A stretch of 52,011 nucleotides of DNA, taken from an uncultured Steroidobacteraceae bacterium (GTDB lineage Bacteria; Pseudomonadota; Gammaproteobacteria; Steroidobacterales; Steroidobacteraceae). The translations under genes were made by a program, and so were the position numbers. Each line of letters starts with the position of its first letter. The first letter of the stretch is position 1. The stretch lies in assembly GCA_964638185.1 (NCBI GenBank), contig CAZXAS010000001.1:1-52011 (forward strand), in the 5' to 3' direction. The notes beneath the pieces were generated by a model that searched no databases, was not told the DNA's origin, and saw nothing but the letters and a program-made list of their open reading frames with translations. This document shows positions 24,475-32,553 of the stretch, one piece after another.

Positions 24475-26498
24475 TGTCCCTCTGCGACGCCGAAGCCGAG
24501 GTACTGCGCACCGTCGCGGAGGCGCTGCAGCCAGATCCTGAGCTGCACCTCGACGTCTGGAGCGAGAAGAACGTCGTCATCCCGAAGGGTTCGGCCTTCT
24601 CCGGCCACTACAGCCTGCGGCACACGCCCTACGCGCGCCGGCTGCTGCAGGCGCTCAGCCCGACGCACCGCGCGACGCGCGTGGTCGCTATGGTGGCCAG
24701 CCAGATGCTCAAGACCCAGGTCTTCATCTGCGCCGCGCTGGGCTGGATCGACGGCGCGCCGGCGAACATCATCGCCCTGGAGCCCACCGACAGCCTGGTC
24801 AAGCGGCTGTCCGCGCGCTTCGCCAAGGCGGCCGAGGTGTGCGACGCCGTCAGCAAGAAGATCTCGCCGCCGCGCTCGCGCGACAAGCGCAACACCATCG
24901 ACGTCAAGGAGTTCGACGGCGGGAACATCTACTTCGCCTCCGCCGGCTCCGACGCCAACCTCGCCGAGATCCCGGCGCGCTACCTCTTCTGCGACGAAAT
25001 CGACCGCCCGCAGTGGCGCGGCAACGCGAGCGGGGAGGGCAACAAGATCAAGATCGCCGAGGCGCGCACCACCACCTACGAGGGCATCCAGAAGCAGTAC
25101 CACGTCAGCAGCCCGGGGGTGCTGGGCGACTCCATGGTGCACGCGCTCTTCCTGCAGGGCACGCAGGAGCGCTACCACGTGCCGTGCCCGCATTGCGACC
25201 ACCTGCACGAGCTGACCCGCGAGAACTTCCGCTACGAGTTCGACGCCGAGACCGAGCGCGTCAGCCGCGCCTACTTCGTGTGCCCGGAGTGCGGCGGCGT
25301 CATCGAGGAGCACCACAAGGCCTACATGCTGCTCGACTCCGAGCTGGGCGGCATGGCGCGCTGGGTGCAGACGGCCGAGGGCGACGGCGAGACGATCAGC
25401 GTCACCCTGCCGGCCTACTACGCCCCGCCGGGCTCCATCACGTGGCTGCGCCTGGCGCGCGAGCTCGCGCTGGCGCTGCTGGCCAAGGAGCGCGGCGACG
25501 AGGGCCTGCTGCAGGTCTACACGAACACCCGCGAGGGGCTGCCGTACGCGCCGGGCGACGTCACGTCGACCGCCACCGAGCTGCTCAAGCGCTGCCAGGC
25601 CGAGAAGCTGCCGGTGCGGATCGTGCCCGAAGGGGCTCTCGTGCTGACCATGTTCGTCGACACGCAGGTCAACCGCCTCGAGGCGACGATCCAGGCCTGG
25701 GGCCCGGGCCTGGAGTGCTGGACCATCGAGCACGAGGTGCTGTGGGGCTCGCCGATCGAGGATCCGCAGTCGGAGTCCTCGGTCTGGGCCAAGCTCGACG
25801 CGCTGCGCTCCACGCCGTTCCTGCACGCCTCTGGCGCGATCATCCGGATCAGCGTCTACGGCATCGACGCCGGCGGCGCCAACTCGCAGGACGTCTACAA
25901 CTACGGGGCCGAGCGCAAGCACCTCGGCTGCGTCGTCACCCGCGGCGAGAACCTGCCGAACCGGCCGATCATCGCGGCCAAGCCGAACAAGTACGACATC
26001 GACTGGCAGGGCAAGAAGGTCGAGAACGGCGGGCAGTACTGGCGCATCGGCACCGACACTGCGAAGGACCACATCTTCAACCGCCTGGCGCTAGAAAGCG
26101 GCCCGGGCGCGATGCACTGGCACTCCGGCTACGAGCTCGAGCTCTTCGAGCAGCTGCTGGTCGAGAAGCGGGTGACGAAGTACCAGCGCGGCCGCGCGGT
26201 GCGCCAGTACGTGAAACCGAACGGCGCCCGCAACGAGCAGCTCGACACCCACGTCGGCAACCTCGCGATGGCGCAGTACCTCGGCCTGCACAAGTGGACG
26301 CGCGCCGACTGGGCCCGGCTGCGCCGCAACCTGCTCGGCCAGCGCGCCGCCGAAGTGCCGACTGTCCCGCCACCGGCCGATCCCGTCTCGCCGGAAGCCC
26401 CTTCCGTTCCGGTTTCAAACCCTCCTGTCCCGCCGCCGGCCGCACCAGCGTCGCCAGCCGGCGGCCGTCGTGTCCTCTCGCGCGGCATCCGCCGCTGA
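24474..26498 (+). CDS. Terminase large subunit, lambda GpA family (674 aa)
   Basis: Size, position and GpA-like N-terminus (RHTPYARRLLQALSP). CPHC...CPEC zinc element. The ATG overlaps the upstream stop (TGATG). Confidence 0.9.
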   Translation: MSLCDAEAEVLRTVAEALQPDPELHLDVWSEKNVVIPKGSAFSGHYSLRHTPYARRLLQALSPTHRATRVVAMVASQMLKTQVFICAALGWIDGAPANIIALEPTDSLVKRLSARFAKAAEVCDAVSKKISPPRSRDKRNTIDVKEFDGGNIYFASAGSDANLAEIPARYLFCDEIDRPQWRGNASGEGNKIKIAEARTTTYEGIQKQYHVSSPGVLGDSMVHALFLQGTQERYHVPCPHCDHLHELTRENFRYEFDAETERVSRAYFVCPECGGVIEEHHKAYMLLDSELGGMARWVQTAEGDGETISVTLPAYYAPPGSITWLRLARELALALLAKERGDEGLLQVYTNTREGLPYAPGDVTSTATELLKRCQAEKLPVRIVPEGALVLTMFVDTQVNRLEATIQAWGPGLECWTIEHEVLWGSPIEDPQSESSVWAKLDALRSTPFLHASGAIIRISVYGIDAGGANSQDVYNYGAERKHLGCVVTRGENLPNRPIIAAKPNKYDIDWQGKKVENGGQYWRIGTDTAKDHIFNRLALESGPGAMHWHSGYELELFEQLLVEKRVTKYQRGRAVRQYVKPNGARNEQLDTHVGNLAMAQYLGLHKWTRADWARLRRNLLGQRAAEVPTVPPPADPVSPEAPSVPVSNPPVPPPAAPASPAGGRRVLSRGIRR

Positions 26499-26503
26499 CC
26501 ACC

Positions 26504-26986
26504 ATGCCCATGACGATCGACCCCTTCGAGCCCGAGCCGCTCACCGAGTCCGAAGCCATCGAGGCCAACGACAACACCGGTCTGCTGATCGACGACCTGT
26601 GCCGCCGCTGGGCCGCGTGGTCGCGCACGCGCCGCTTCTTCGGCCCGCCGCCGATCGCGCCGGGCATCCTCGGCAAGCTGACGCGCAAGGGCACCGGCGC
26701 GCGGCGCGGCGGCCCGCCGGATGCCGCACTGAGCGCCGAGCTGGCCGCGCTGAACCTCGCCATCGCGGCCCAGCCCGAGGACGTGTCGCGCAAGGTCTTC
26801 GTCCTGACCTACGTGCACTGCGTCAGCGACATCAAGCTGGCGGCCGACGCGCTGGGGATCAGCCGGGCGACTTGGTATCGCTACCTCGCCGACTTCCGCG
26901 TCCGGATCTACGCGGCGCATCAGCGCATCCTCGCGGAGAACGAGGCGGCCCGCGAAGCGCTGCCGTCGAATGTCTCCGACCAGTGA
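26504..26986 (+). CDS. Q-antiterminator-like / sigma-70 region-4-like HTH regulator candidate (160 aa)
   Basis: The RWAAWSR segment recalls the ERWGAWA motif of the Q82/QuuD family. C-terminal VFVLTYVHCVSDIKLAADALGISRATWYRYLADFRVRI is sigma-r4-like. Assignment is from memory only. Confidence 0.55.
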   Translation: MPMTIDPFEPEPLTESEAIEANDNTGLLIDDLCRRWAAWSRTRRFFGPPPIAPGILGKLTRKGTGARRGGPPDAALSAELAALNLAIAAQPEDVSRKVFVLTYVHCVSDIKLAADALGISRATWYRYLADFRVRIYAAHQRILAENEAAREALPSNVSDQ

Positions 26987-27095
26987 GACAAGAAACCAGG
27001 CAAACCGTGAGACACGGCAGGTGAAAATTCGCCCCAATTCGGCTAGTGGCTGAAGTGCCTCCAAAGGGCGCGTAGGCCCGGCCGATCCCTTCAAC

Positions 27096-27128
27096 GAGCC
27101 CCGGTGCGCAGCGATGCGGCCGGGGCTC
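27096..27128 (+). terminator. Strong GC hairpin inside the late operon (attenuator or terminator candidate, no clear U-tract)
   Basis: GAGCCCCGG (27096-27104) pairs with CCGGGGCTC (27120-27128) around a 15-nt loop, followed by TGTCATT. Confidence 0.4.
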
Positions 27129-27871
27129 TGTCATTGGAGCCCCGCCAGGTGCCCGACGCCATCAGCCTCACCGCCACGCGCAGCGGCAGGCTGGCGGATG
27201 CCGTGGCGCAGATGCGCGACATCCCGGCGCGCGTGATCCCCTACGCGGCGAACGCGGCGCTGAACACCATCGGCTCGCGGGCGCGCAAGGACATCCAGGC
27301 GGAGATGCCGCGGGTGTTCGATCGGCCGAACCCGTACACGCTGAACTCGCTGCGGATCGAGCAGTCCACGCGCGAGACGCTGACGATCCGCATCGCCGTC
27401 AAGGACTCCGCACCGACCGGCGGCACGAAGCCCGAGCACTACCTCATGCCGGCAGTGTTCGGGGCCGGCCGCAACGAGAAGCGCTTCGAGGCGAGCCTGC
27501 GCTATGCCGGCGTGCTGCCCGCTGGCTGGCGCGTCGTGCCGGCTGCGGGCGCGAAGCTCGACTCCTACGGCAACGTCAGCCGCGCGGAGACGAAGCGCAT
27601 CCTGGATGCGGTCGAGAGCAAGTCGAGCGCCGGCTCGGCCTACTTCGCCGTCAGCCCCGAAGGAACCACGCGGCCGCGCACGCGGCTCGCCCCCGGCGTG
27701 TATGCGCGCGCCGGCCGTGGCCGCCGTGGCGTTCGCCCCGTCCTGATCTTCGTCCGCAAGGCGCCGCAGTACCGCGCGCGCCTTCCCTTCGCCGCCATCG
27801 TGGAGCGGCGCGCCGACGCCGACTTCCGCACCGAGTTCGCGCGGGTCGCGAACAGCATCCTCAGCCGCTGA
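27104..27871 (+). CDS. Hypothetical virion morphogenesis protein (up to 255 aa; start uncertain)
   Basis: Long coding ORF upstream of gpW. The GTG at 27104 lies inside the hairpin. A TTG at 27134 or a GTG at 27149 (GGAG 9 nt upstream) is a more likely start. Confidence 0.65.
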   Translation: MRSDAAGALSLEPRQVPDAISLTATRSGRLADAVAQMRDIPARVIPYAANAALNTIGSRARKDIQAEMPRVFDRPNPYTLNSLRIEQSTRETLTIRIAVKDSAPTGGTKPEHYLMPAVFGAGRNEKRFEASLRYAGVLPAGWRVVPAAGAKLDSYGNVSRAETKRILDAVESKSSAGSAYFAVSPEGTTRPRTRLAPGVYARAGRGRRGVRPVLIFVRKAPQYRARLPFAAIVERRADADFRTEFARVANSILSR

Positions 27872-27873
27872 CG

Positions 27874-28104
27874 ATGACACGAGACCAACTGCAGGCCCGC
27901 CTCGACGCCTACCTGGCGGCCGAGACGAAGATCCTCCGCGGCCAGGAGTACGTCATCGGGCAGGGCGAGACCGCGCGCCGCCTGCGCCGCGCCGATCTGT
28001 CCGAAGTACGCGCCGAGATCGAGAAGCTCTCCGCTGCGATCGAAGCCATCGACAACTCGGCCGCCGGCCGTCGCCGCGTGCTGTATTCGCGGCCCATGAA
28101 CTGA
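27874..28104 (+). CDS. gpW-like head-tail joining protein (76 aa)
   Basis: Size, position directly before the lambda-type portal, and a helical pattern LQARLDAYLAAETKILRGQEY...RRADLSEVRAEIEKL. Confidence 0.7.
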   Translation: MTRDQLQARLDAYLAAETKILRGQEYVIGQGETARRLRRADLSEVRAEIEKLSAAIEAIDNSAAGRRRVLYSRPMN

Positions 28105-28115
28105 GGCGCCCGAGC

Positions 28116-30065
28116 ATGGCTGCACGCGCAAACCTGCTCGACCGGGCGATCGGCATCTTCGCGCCGCGCACCGCGCTGCGCCGCGCCACCGCGCGCGCCG
28201 CATTCGAGGCGTTCTCCGGCGGCGGCAGCGACGGCGCGCCACTGAGCCCGATGAATGGCCGCTGGTCGGTCTCTCCGCGCAGCGCCGACGCCGACATCAT
28301 CCGCGGCCTGCGTCGCCAGCGCGCGGAGTCGCGCGAGCTGCGCCGCACGAACCCGATCGCCACCGGCGCCATCGACACGAACCTGCGCCGCGTCGTCGGC
28401 ACGGGCCTGCAGCCGGTGCCTGAGCCGGACGCGAAGGTGCTCGGCTGGTCGGACGAGGAAGTCGCCGCGTTCAAGGAGTTAGTCACCCGCGAGTTCAGCC
28501 TGTGGGCCGACTCGAAGGAGTGCACGCTCGATCGCGGCCAGACCTTCTACGAGCGGCAGGATCTGGTGCTCAGCTCGCGGCTCGAAAGCGGCGACTGCTT
28601 CACCATCCTGCCGGACGGCCAGCCGACCGCGACGCAGCCCTACCGGCTGCGCCTGCAACTGATCGAGGCCGACCGCTGCGCCAGCCCGGCCACCGACGCC
28701 GGCAAGCCGAACGTCATCGAAGGCGTGCGCATGGTCGGCGGCGCGCCCTCGGCGTACTACATCCTCGACGCGCACCCAGGCGCGCTGTCGATCTCCGGTG
28801 CGACCAGCACGACGGGAAGCTGGTACGACGCGATCGGCTCCAGCGGCCGGCGCCGAATCCTGCACCACTACCGCCCGACGCGGCCGGAGCAGACGCGCGG
28901 CGTGCCGTACCTCGCGCCGGTGATCCAGGCGATCAAGGATCTCGGCCGCTACACCGAGGCGGAAATCAGCGCCGCCGTCGTCTCGGCGTTCTATACCGTC
29001 TTCATCGAGCAGGGGGGCGCCTCCGCGCCCGCGCCGGTCTTCGGCGTCGAGCAGGGCGCCACCGCCACGACGCAGAACGAGACCGTTCCTCCCAGTGGCC
29101 AGGAGATCGAGATGGGCCCGGCGGCCATCGTCGGCCTGGCCAAGGGCGAGAAGGCCAGCTTCGCCGACCCGAAGCGGCCCAACACGGCCTACGAGCCCTT
29201 CATCACCGGCATCCTGACGCTGATCGGTGCCGGCCTCGGGCTGCCGGTCGACCTGCTGACCAAGCGCTTCAACGCCAGCTACAGCGCGAGCCGCGCCGCG
29301 CTGCTCGACGCCTGGCAGCACTTCCGCAGCGAGCGCGCCTGGCTGGTGCTCAGCTTCTGCCAGCCGGTCTATGAGACGTGGATGGCCGAAGCCGTCAGCA
29401 GCGGCCGCATCCAGGCGCCGGGCTTCTTCTCCGACCCGCTGATCCGCTGGGCCTACACGCGCGCCGCGTGGCACGGCGACTCGCAGGGCTCGCTGAACCC
29501 GAAGGACGAGGTGGCGGCCTACCGCGACGCCATCGACGGCCGCCTGATGACGCACGAGCGGGCCGAGTGGGAGCTGTTCGGCTCCGACTTCACGCGCACC
29601 TTCCCGGTGAAGCGCCGCGAGCAGCAGATGCTGAAGGACGCGGACATGCTGCCCGTGCCGAAGGCCGGCGCGGCCGCGGCGCCGCAAAGCTCCGGCGGCG
29701 CGTCGTCGGCCCAGCAGGACGGCGCGCACGTGGCGCTGGCCGATGCCGCGCTCGCGCTGAAGGAGCAGGCGGCCACGCTGGCGCGCGAGCCGGTGCAGCT
29801 GCAGCTCGAGATGGGCGAGCAGCGCATCGTCGTCGAGCAGGCGCCGCTGAACATTTCGCTCGAACAGGCCGACACGCACATCCACCTCGACCAGCAGAAA
29901 GAGACCAGGCCCGCGGCGGCGACGCAGGGCTATCGGGTCATCCCTGTGCGAGACCCGGTGACGGGCCTCGCGCGGGAGTGGCTGAAGGTTCCGATGGGCT
30001 CGCTTCCCGAGTCCCTGACGACCGAGGCCGGCGTCGCCACCTCGATCCCCCCCACGCACTCCTGA
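28116..30065 (+). CDS. Portal protein, lambda gpB family (649 aa)
   Basis: Size and position. N-terminal region LLDRAIGIFAPRTALRRATARAAF...RELRRTNPIATGAIDTNLRRVVGTG is typical of lambda-family portals. Confidence 0.9.
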   Translation: MAARANLLDRAIGIFAPRTALRRATARAAFEAFSGGGSDGAPLSPMNGRWSVSPRSADADIIRGLRRQRAESRELRRTNPIATGAIDTNLRRVVGTGLQPVPEPDAKVLGWSDEEVAAFKELVTREFSLWADSKECTLDRGQTFYERQDLVLSSRLESGDCFTILPDGQPTATQPYRLRLQLIEADRCASPATDAGKPNVIEGVRMVGGAPSAYYILDAHPGALSISGATSTTGSWYDAIGSSGRRRILHHYRPTRPEQTRGVPYLAPVIQAIKDLGRYTEAEISAAVVSAFYTVFIEQGGASAPAPVFGVEQGATATTQNETVPPSGQEIEMGPAAIVGLAKGEKASFADPKRPNTAYEPFITGILTLIGAGLGLPVDLLTKRFNASYSASRAALLDAWQHFRSERAWLVLSFCQPVYETWMAEAVSSGRIQAPGFFSDPLIRWAYTRAAWHGDSQGSLNPKDEVAAYRDAIDGRLMTHERAEWELFGSDFTRTFPVKRREQQMLKDADMLPVPKAGAAAAPQSSGGASSAQQDGAHVALADAALALKEQAATLAREPVQLQLEMGEQRIVVEQAPLNISLEQADTHIHLDQQKETRPAAATQGYRVIPVRDPVTGLAREWLKVPMGSLPESLTTEAGVATSIPPTHS

Positions 30066-30080
30066 CCGAAAGGCACCACC

Positions 30081-30755
30081 ATGAAGTCCGCAACCTTCCA
30101 GAACGACGTACTGAAGCTGATCTTCCAGGCCGTCGCCATCGCCAACATCGCCGACAACGCTGCGGCGTCGCCGCTGACGAACCTGCACGTCGCGCTGCAC
30201 ACCGCCGACCCGGGCGGCGCCGGCACGCAGAGCACCAGCGAGATCAGCTACACCGGCTATGCGCGCATCGCCGTGGCGCGCACCTCGGGCGGCTGGAACG
30301 TCACCGGCAACGTCGCCAGCCCGGTCGCCGCGATCCAGTTCGGCGAAATGACCGCCGGCACCGGCGGCGTCGCGACGCACTTCTCGGTCGGCGTGGCGTC
30401 GTCGGGCGCGACCAAGATCCTGCGCCGCGGCGTGCTGGGTTCGCGCCTGGGCCCGTTCACCGCGGCCGCGAGCGACACCATCACCATCCCGGGCCTGACC
30501 GGCCTGGCTGTCGACGACCGGATCATCTTCCAGTCGGTCGACGGATCGAGCCTGCCGACCGGCATCACCGAGGGCACGTCGTACTGGGTCAAGACCGTCA
30601 GCGGCGACGCCGTGACGATCAGCGCCACGCAGGGCGGCGCGACGCTCGACATCACCGCCGTTGGCGACGGCATCGCCTACCGCTCGACGCCGATCAACGT
30701 CGTCGTCGGCGTGGCGCCGCAGCTCAAGACCACCTCGCAGATCGTGGAGGAATGA
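30081..30755 (+). CDS. Hypothetical two-domain protein, fibre/collar-like N-terminus (224 aa)
   Basis: LHVALHTADPGGAGTQSTSEISYTGYARIAV recalls N-terminal domains seen in phage fibre-type proteins (from memory, unverified). First gene of the head-module insertion. Confidence 0.75.
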   Translation: MKSATFQNDVLKLIFQAVAIANIADNAAASPLTNLHVALHTADPGGAGTQSTSEISYTGYARIAVARTSGGWNVTGNVASPVAAIQFGEMTAGTGGVATHFSVGVASSGATKILRRGVLGSRLGPFTAAASDTITIPGLTGLAVDDRIIFQSVDGSSLPTGITEGTSYWVKTVSGDAVTISATQGGATLDITAVGDGIAYRSTPINVVVGVAPQLKTTSQIVEE

Positions 30756-30757
30756 CC

Positions 30758-31060
30758 ATGCAATTCGACTCGACCACCAAGACCGCCATCCTCGCCAAGA
30801 TCGGCGAACTGACCTCAACCGTGCAGGGCCTCGACACGGCCGAGCCGCTGCAGGCGCAGATCGACGCGCTGACCGCCCAGGTCAACGCGCTGACCGGCGA
30901 GCGCGACACCGCGCTGGAGCAGCTGCAGGCCGCTCGCGGCGAGGCCACGGCGGCCGTCGCGAAGCTGGCGCAGGTTCGCCTGAAGCTCGACGCGGCCGAC
31001 GCCGCCGATGCGGCCGAAGACGCCGCGCGCGCCGAGCTGCGCGACATCCTGAACGGCTGA
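30758..31060 (+). CDS. Coiled-coil protein (100 aa; alternative ATG at 30752)
   Basis: GGAGG lies 7 nt upstream of the ATG at 30758. Heptad-like Ala/Leu/Gln-rich sequence. The N-terminus MQFDSTTKTAIL resembles that of the next gene. Confidence 0.65.
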   Translation: MQFDSTTKTAILAKIGELTSTVQGLDTAEPLQAQIDALTAQVNALTGERDTALEQLQAARGEATAAVAKLAQVRLKLDAADAADAAEDAARAELRDILNG

Positions 31061-31071
31061 AGGGGCGGCGC

Positions 31072-32529
31072 ATGAAGTTCGACACCGCTCGCAAGGCGGC
31101 GACTCTGACCGCGCTGGCCGACCTGGCGGCGCTGGTCAGCGCGGCGGATCCCGTCGCGGCGGCGCCTGCGCCGACCCCGGCACCGGCACCCAGCCCGACG
31201 CCAGCCCCCGCGCCGACGCCAGCCCCCGCGCCCGGCAGCACCGCGACGACCTTCGACGCGCTCTATCCGGCCGGCTTCACGCTGAAGGCTCTCGACAATG
31301 CCGCCATCGTGCAGCAGCCGCGCCCGGCCAAGAGCGCGAACCTGAGCACGCCCGGCTACACCGACCCGGCCTACGGCACGAAGGTCTTCAAGCTGACCGA
31401 CACCGTGGCCGATGGCAACGTCGCGAACGTCACGCACATCCGGCATGAGTACAGCCGGCGCCAGGTGTTCAACGCCGACAGCACGCGCTACATCGCGCAG
31501 GACGGCAACGGCTTCTGGGCGCTGTTCGACGGGGCGACCTTCAAGCGCATCAACGGCAAGCGGTCGAACGGCATGCTCGTCGGCATGGCGGGCGATGCGG
31601 AGCCGTTCTGGCACCCGAGCGATCCGAACGTGCTGTGGTACTGGGGTGGTGGTCTGACGTGGTATGCAAAGGACGTGCGCACGGACACTGACACCGTGCT
31701 CGTCAATTTCGCCGGCCGGTTGCCGTGGTCCGCTTCGACGCAGGTCTGGACCAAGAGCGAGGGTGTGCCCAGCGCGGACGGCCGCTTCTGGGGCCTGATG
31801 GCGACGCGCTACGACAGCGCGAGCCAGAAGAACATCATCTATGGCCTGCTCGTGTGGGACCGAGAGGCAAACACGATCAAGACACTGGATGCCTCTGCGT
31901 TTGGCGGCGCGTTCCCCGATCACGTCAGCATGTCGCCGAGCGGCAAGTACATCGTGCCGTCGTGGGCCTACGACAAGGTACTTGGCACCCGAGCCTATGC
32001 GCGTGACTTCTCCGGCTACAAGCTGCTGCGCGTGGGCTCGCAGCACAGTGACCTCGCCTTCGGCGCGAACGGCGAGGATCTGCTTGTCTATGCCGACTAC
32101 GACGGCGACGCCGAGGACGGCTGGATCGTCGCGGTGAACTGCGACACCGGCGCGGTGACGAAGCTGGTCAGCCTGTACCCGGCCAGTGGTCATCTGACCT
32201 CCTGTCACATCAGCGGCAAGTGCTTCAAGCGCCCCGGTTGGGTAGTGGTCAGCACCTACGCCGACGCCTCGAACTACGGCAACGCCAGCCCGGCCAGCCC
32301 GCAGCAGCCGATCTACCGCAAGATCACCGCGGTGGAACTGAAGTCCGGCGGCCGCGTGCTGAACATCGCGCACACCCAAGCCGGCAAGGACTACGGCGGC
32401 TACTTCGGCGAGCACCAGGCCAGCGTGAATCAGGACTTCACGCGCGTGACCTGGGCCACCAACTTCGGCAGCGGCTCGCGCATCGAGAGCGTGATGGTCG
32501 GCCTGTGCAGCACCGCCATCCCGAAGTGA
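31072..32529 (+). CDS. Beta-propeller-like protein with an N-terminal anchor and a (Pro-Ala/Thr)n linker (485 aa)
   Basis: MKFDTARKAATL..., then APAPTPAPAPSPTPAPAPTPAPAPG, then about 430 aa rich in Trp/Gly/Asp blade-like segments. Fold is inferred only. Confidence 0.75.
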   Translation: MKFDTARKAATLTALADLAALVSAADPVAAAPAPTPAPAPSPTPAPAPTPAPAPGSTATTFDALYPAGFTLKALDNAAIVQQPRPAKSANLSTPGYTDPAYGTKVFKLTDTVADGNVANVTHIRHEYSRRQVFNADSTRYIAQDGNGFWALFDGATFKRINGKRSNGMLVGMAGDAEPFWHPSDPNVLWYWGGGLTWYAKDVRTDTDTVLVNFAGRLPWSASTQVWTKSEGVPSADGRFWGLMATRYDSASQKNIIYGLLVWDREANTIKTLDASAFGGAFPDHVSMSPSGKYIVPSWAYDKVLGTRAYARDFSGYKLLRVGSQHSDLAFGANGEDLLVYADYDGDAEDGWIVAVNCDTGAVTKLVSLYPASGHLTSCHISGKCFKRPGWVVVSTYADASNYGNASPASPQQPIYRKITAVELKSGGRVLNIAHTQAGKDYGGYFGEHQASVNQDFTRVTWATNFGSGSRIESVMVGLCSTAIPK

Positions 32530-32553
32530 CCCAGCGCTGACGAAGGTCCGGCC

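Noticed and set aside
24396-26986. 558-aa minus-strand and 715-aa plus-strand alternative ORFs across terL
   Set aside because: They are shadow frames of the GpA-type terminase gene. Only the last 160 codons of the plus ORF (26504-26986), downstream of the terL stop, are called.
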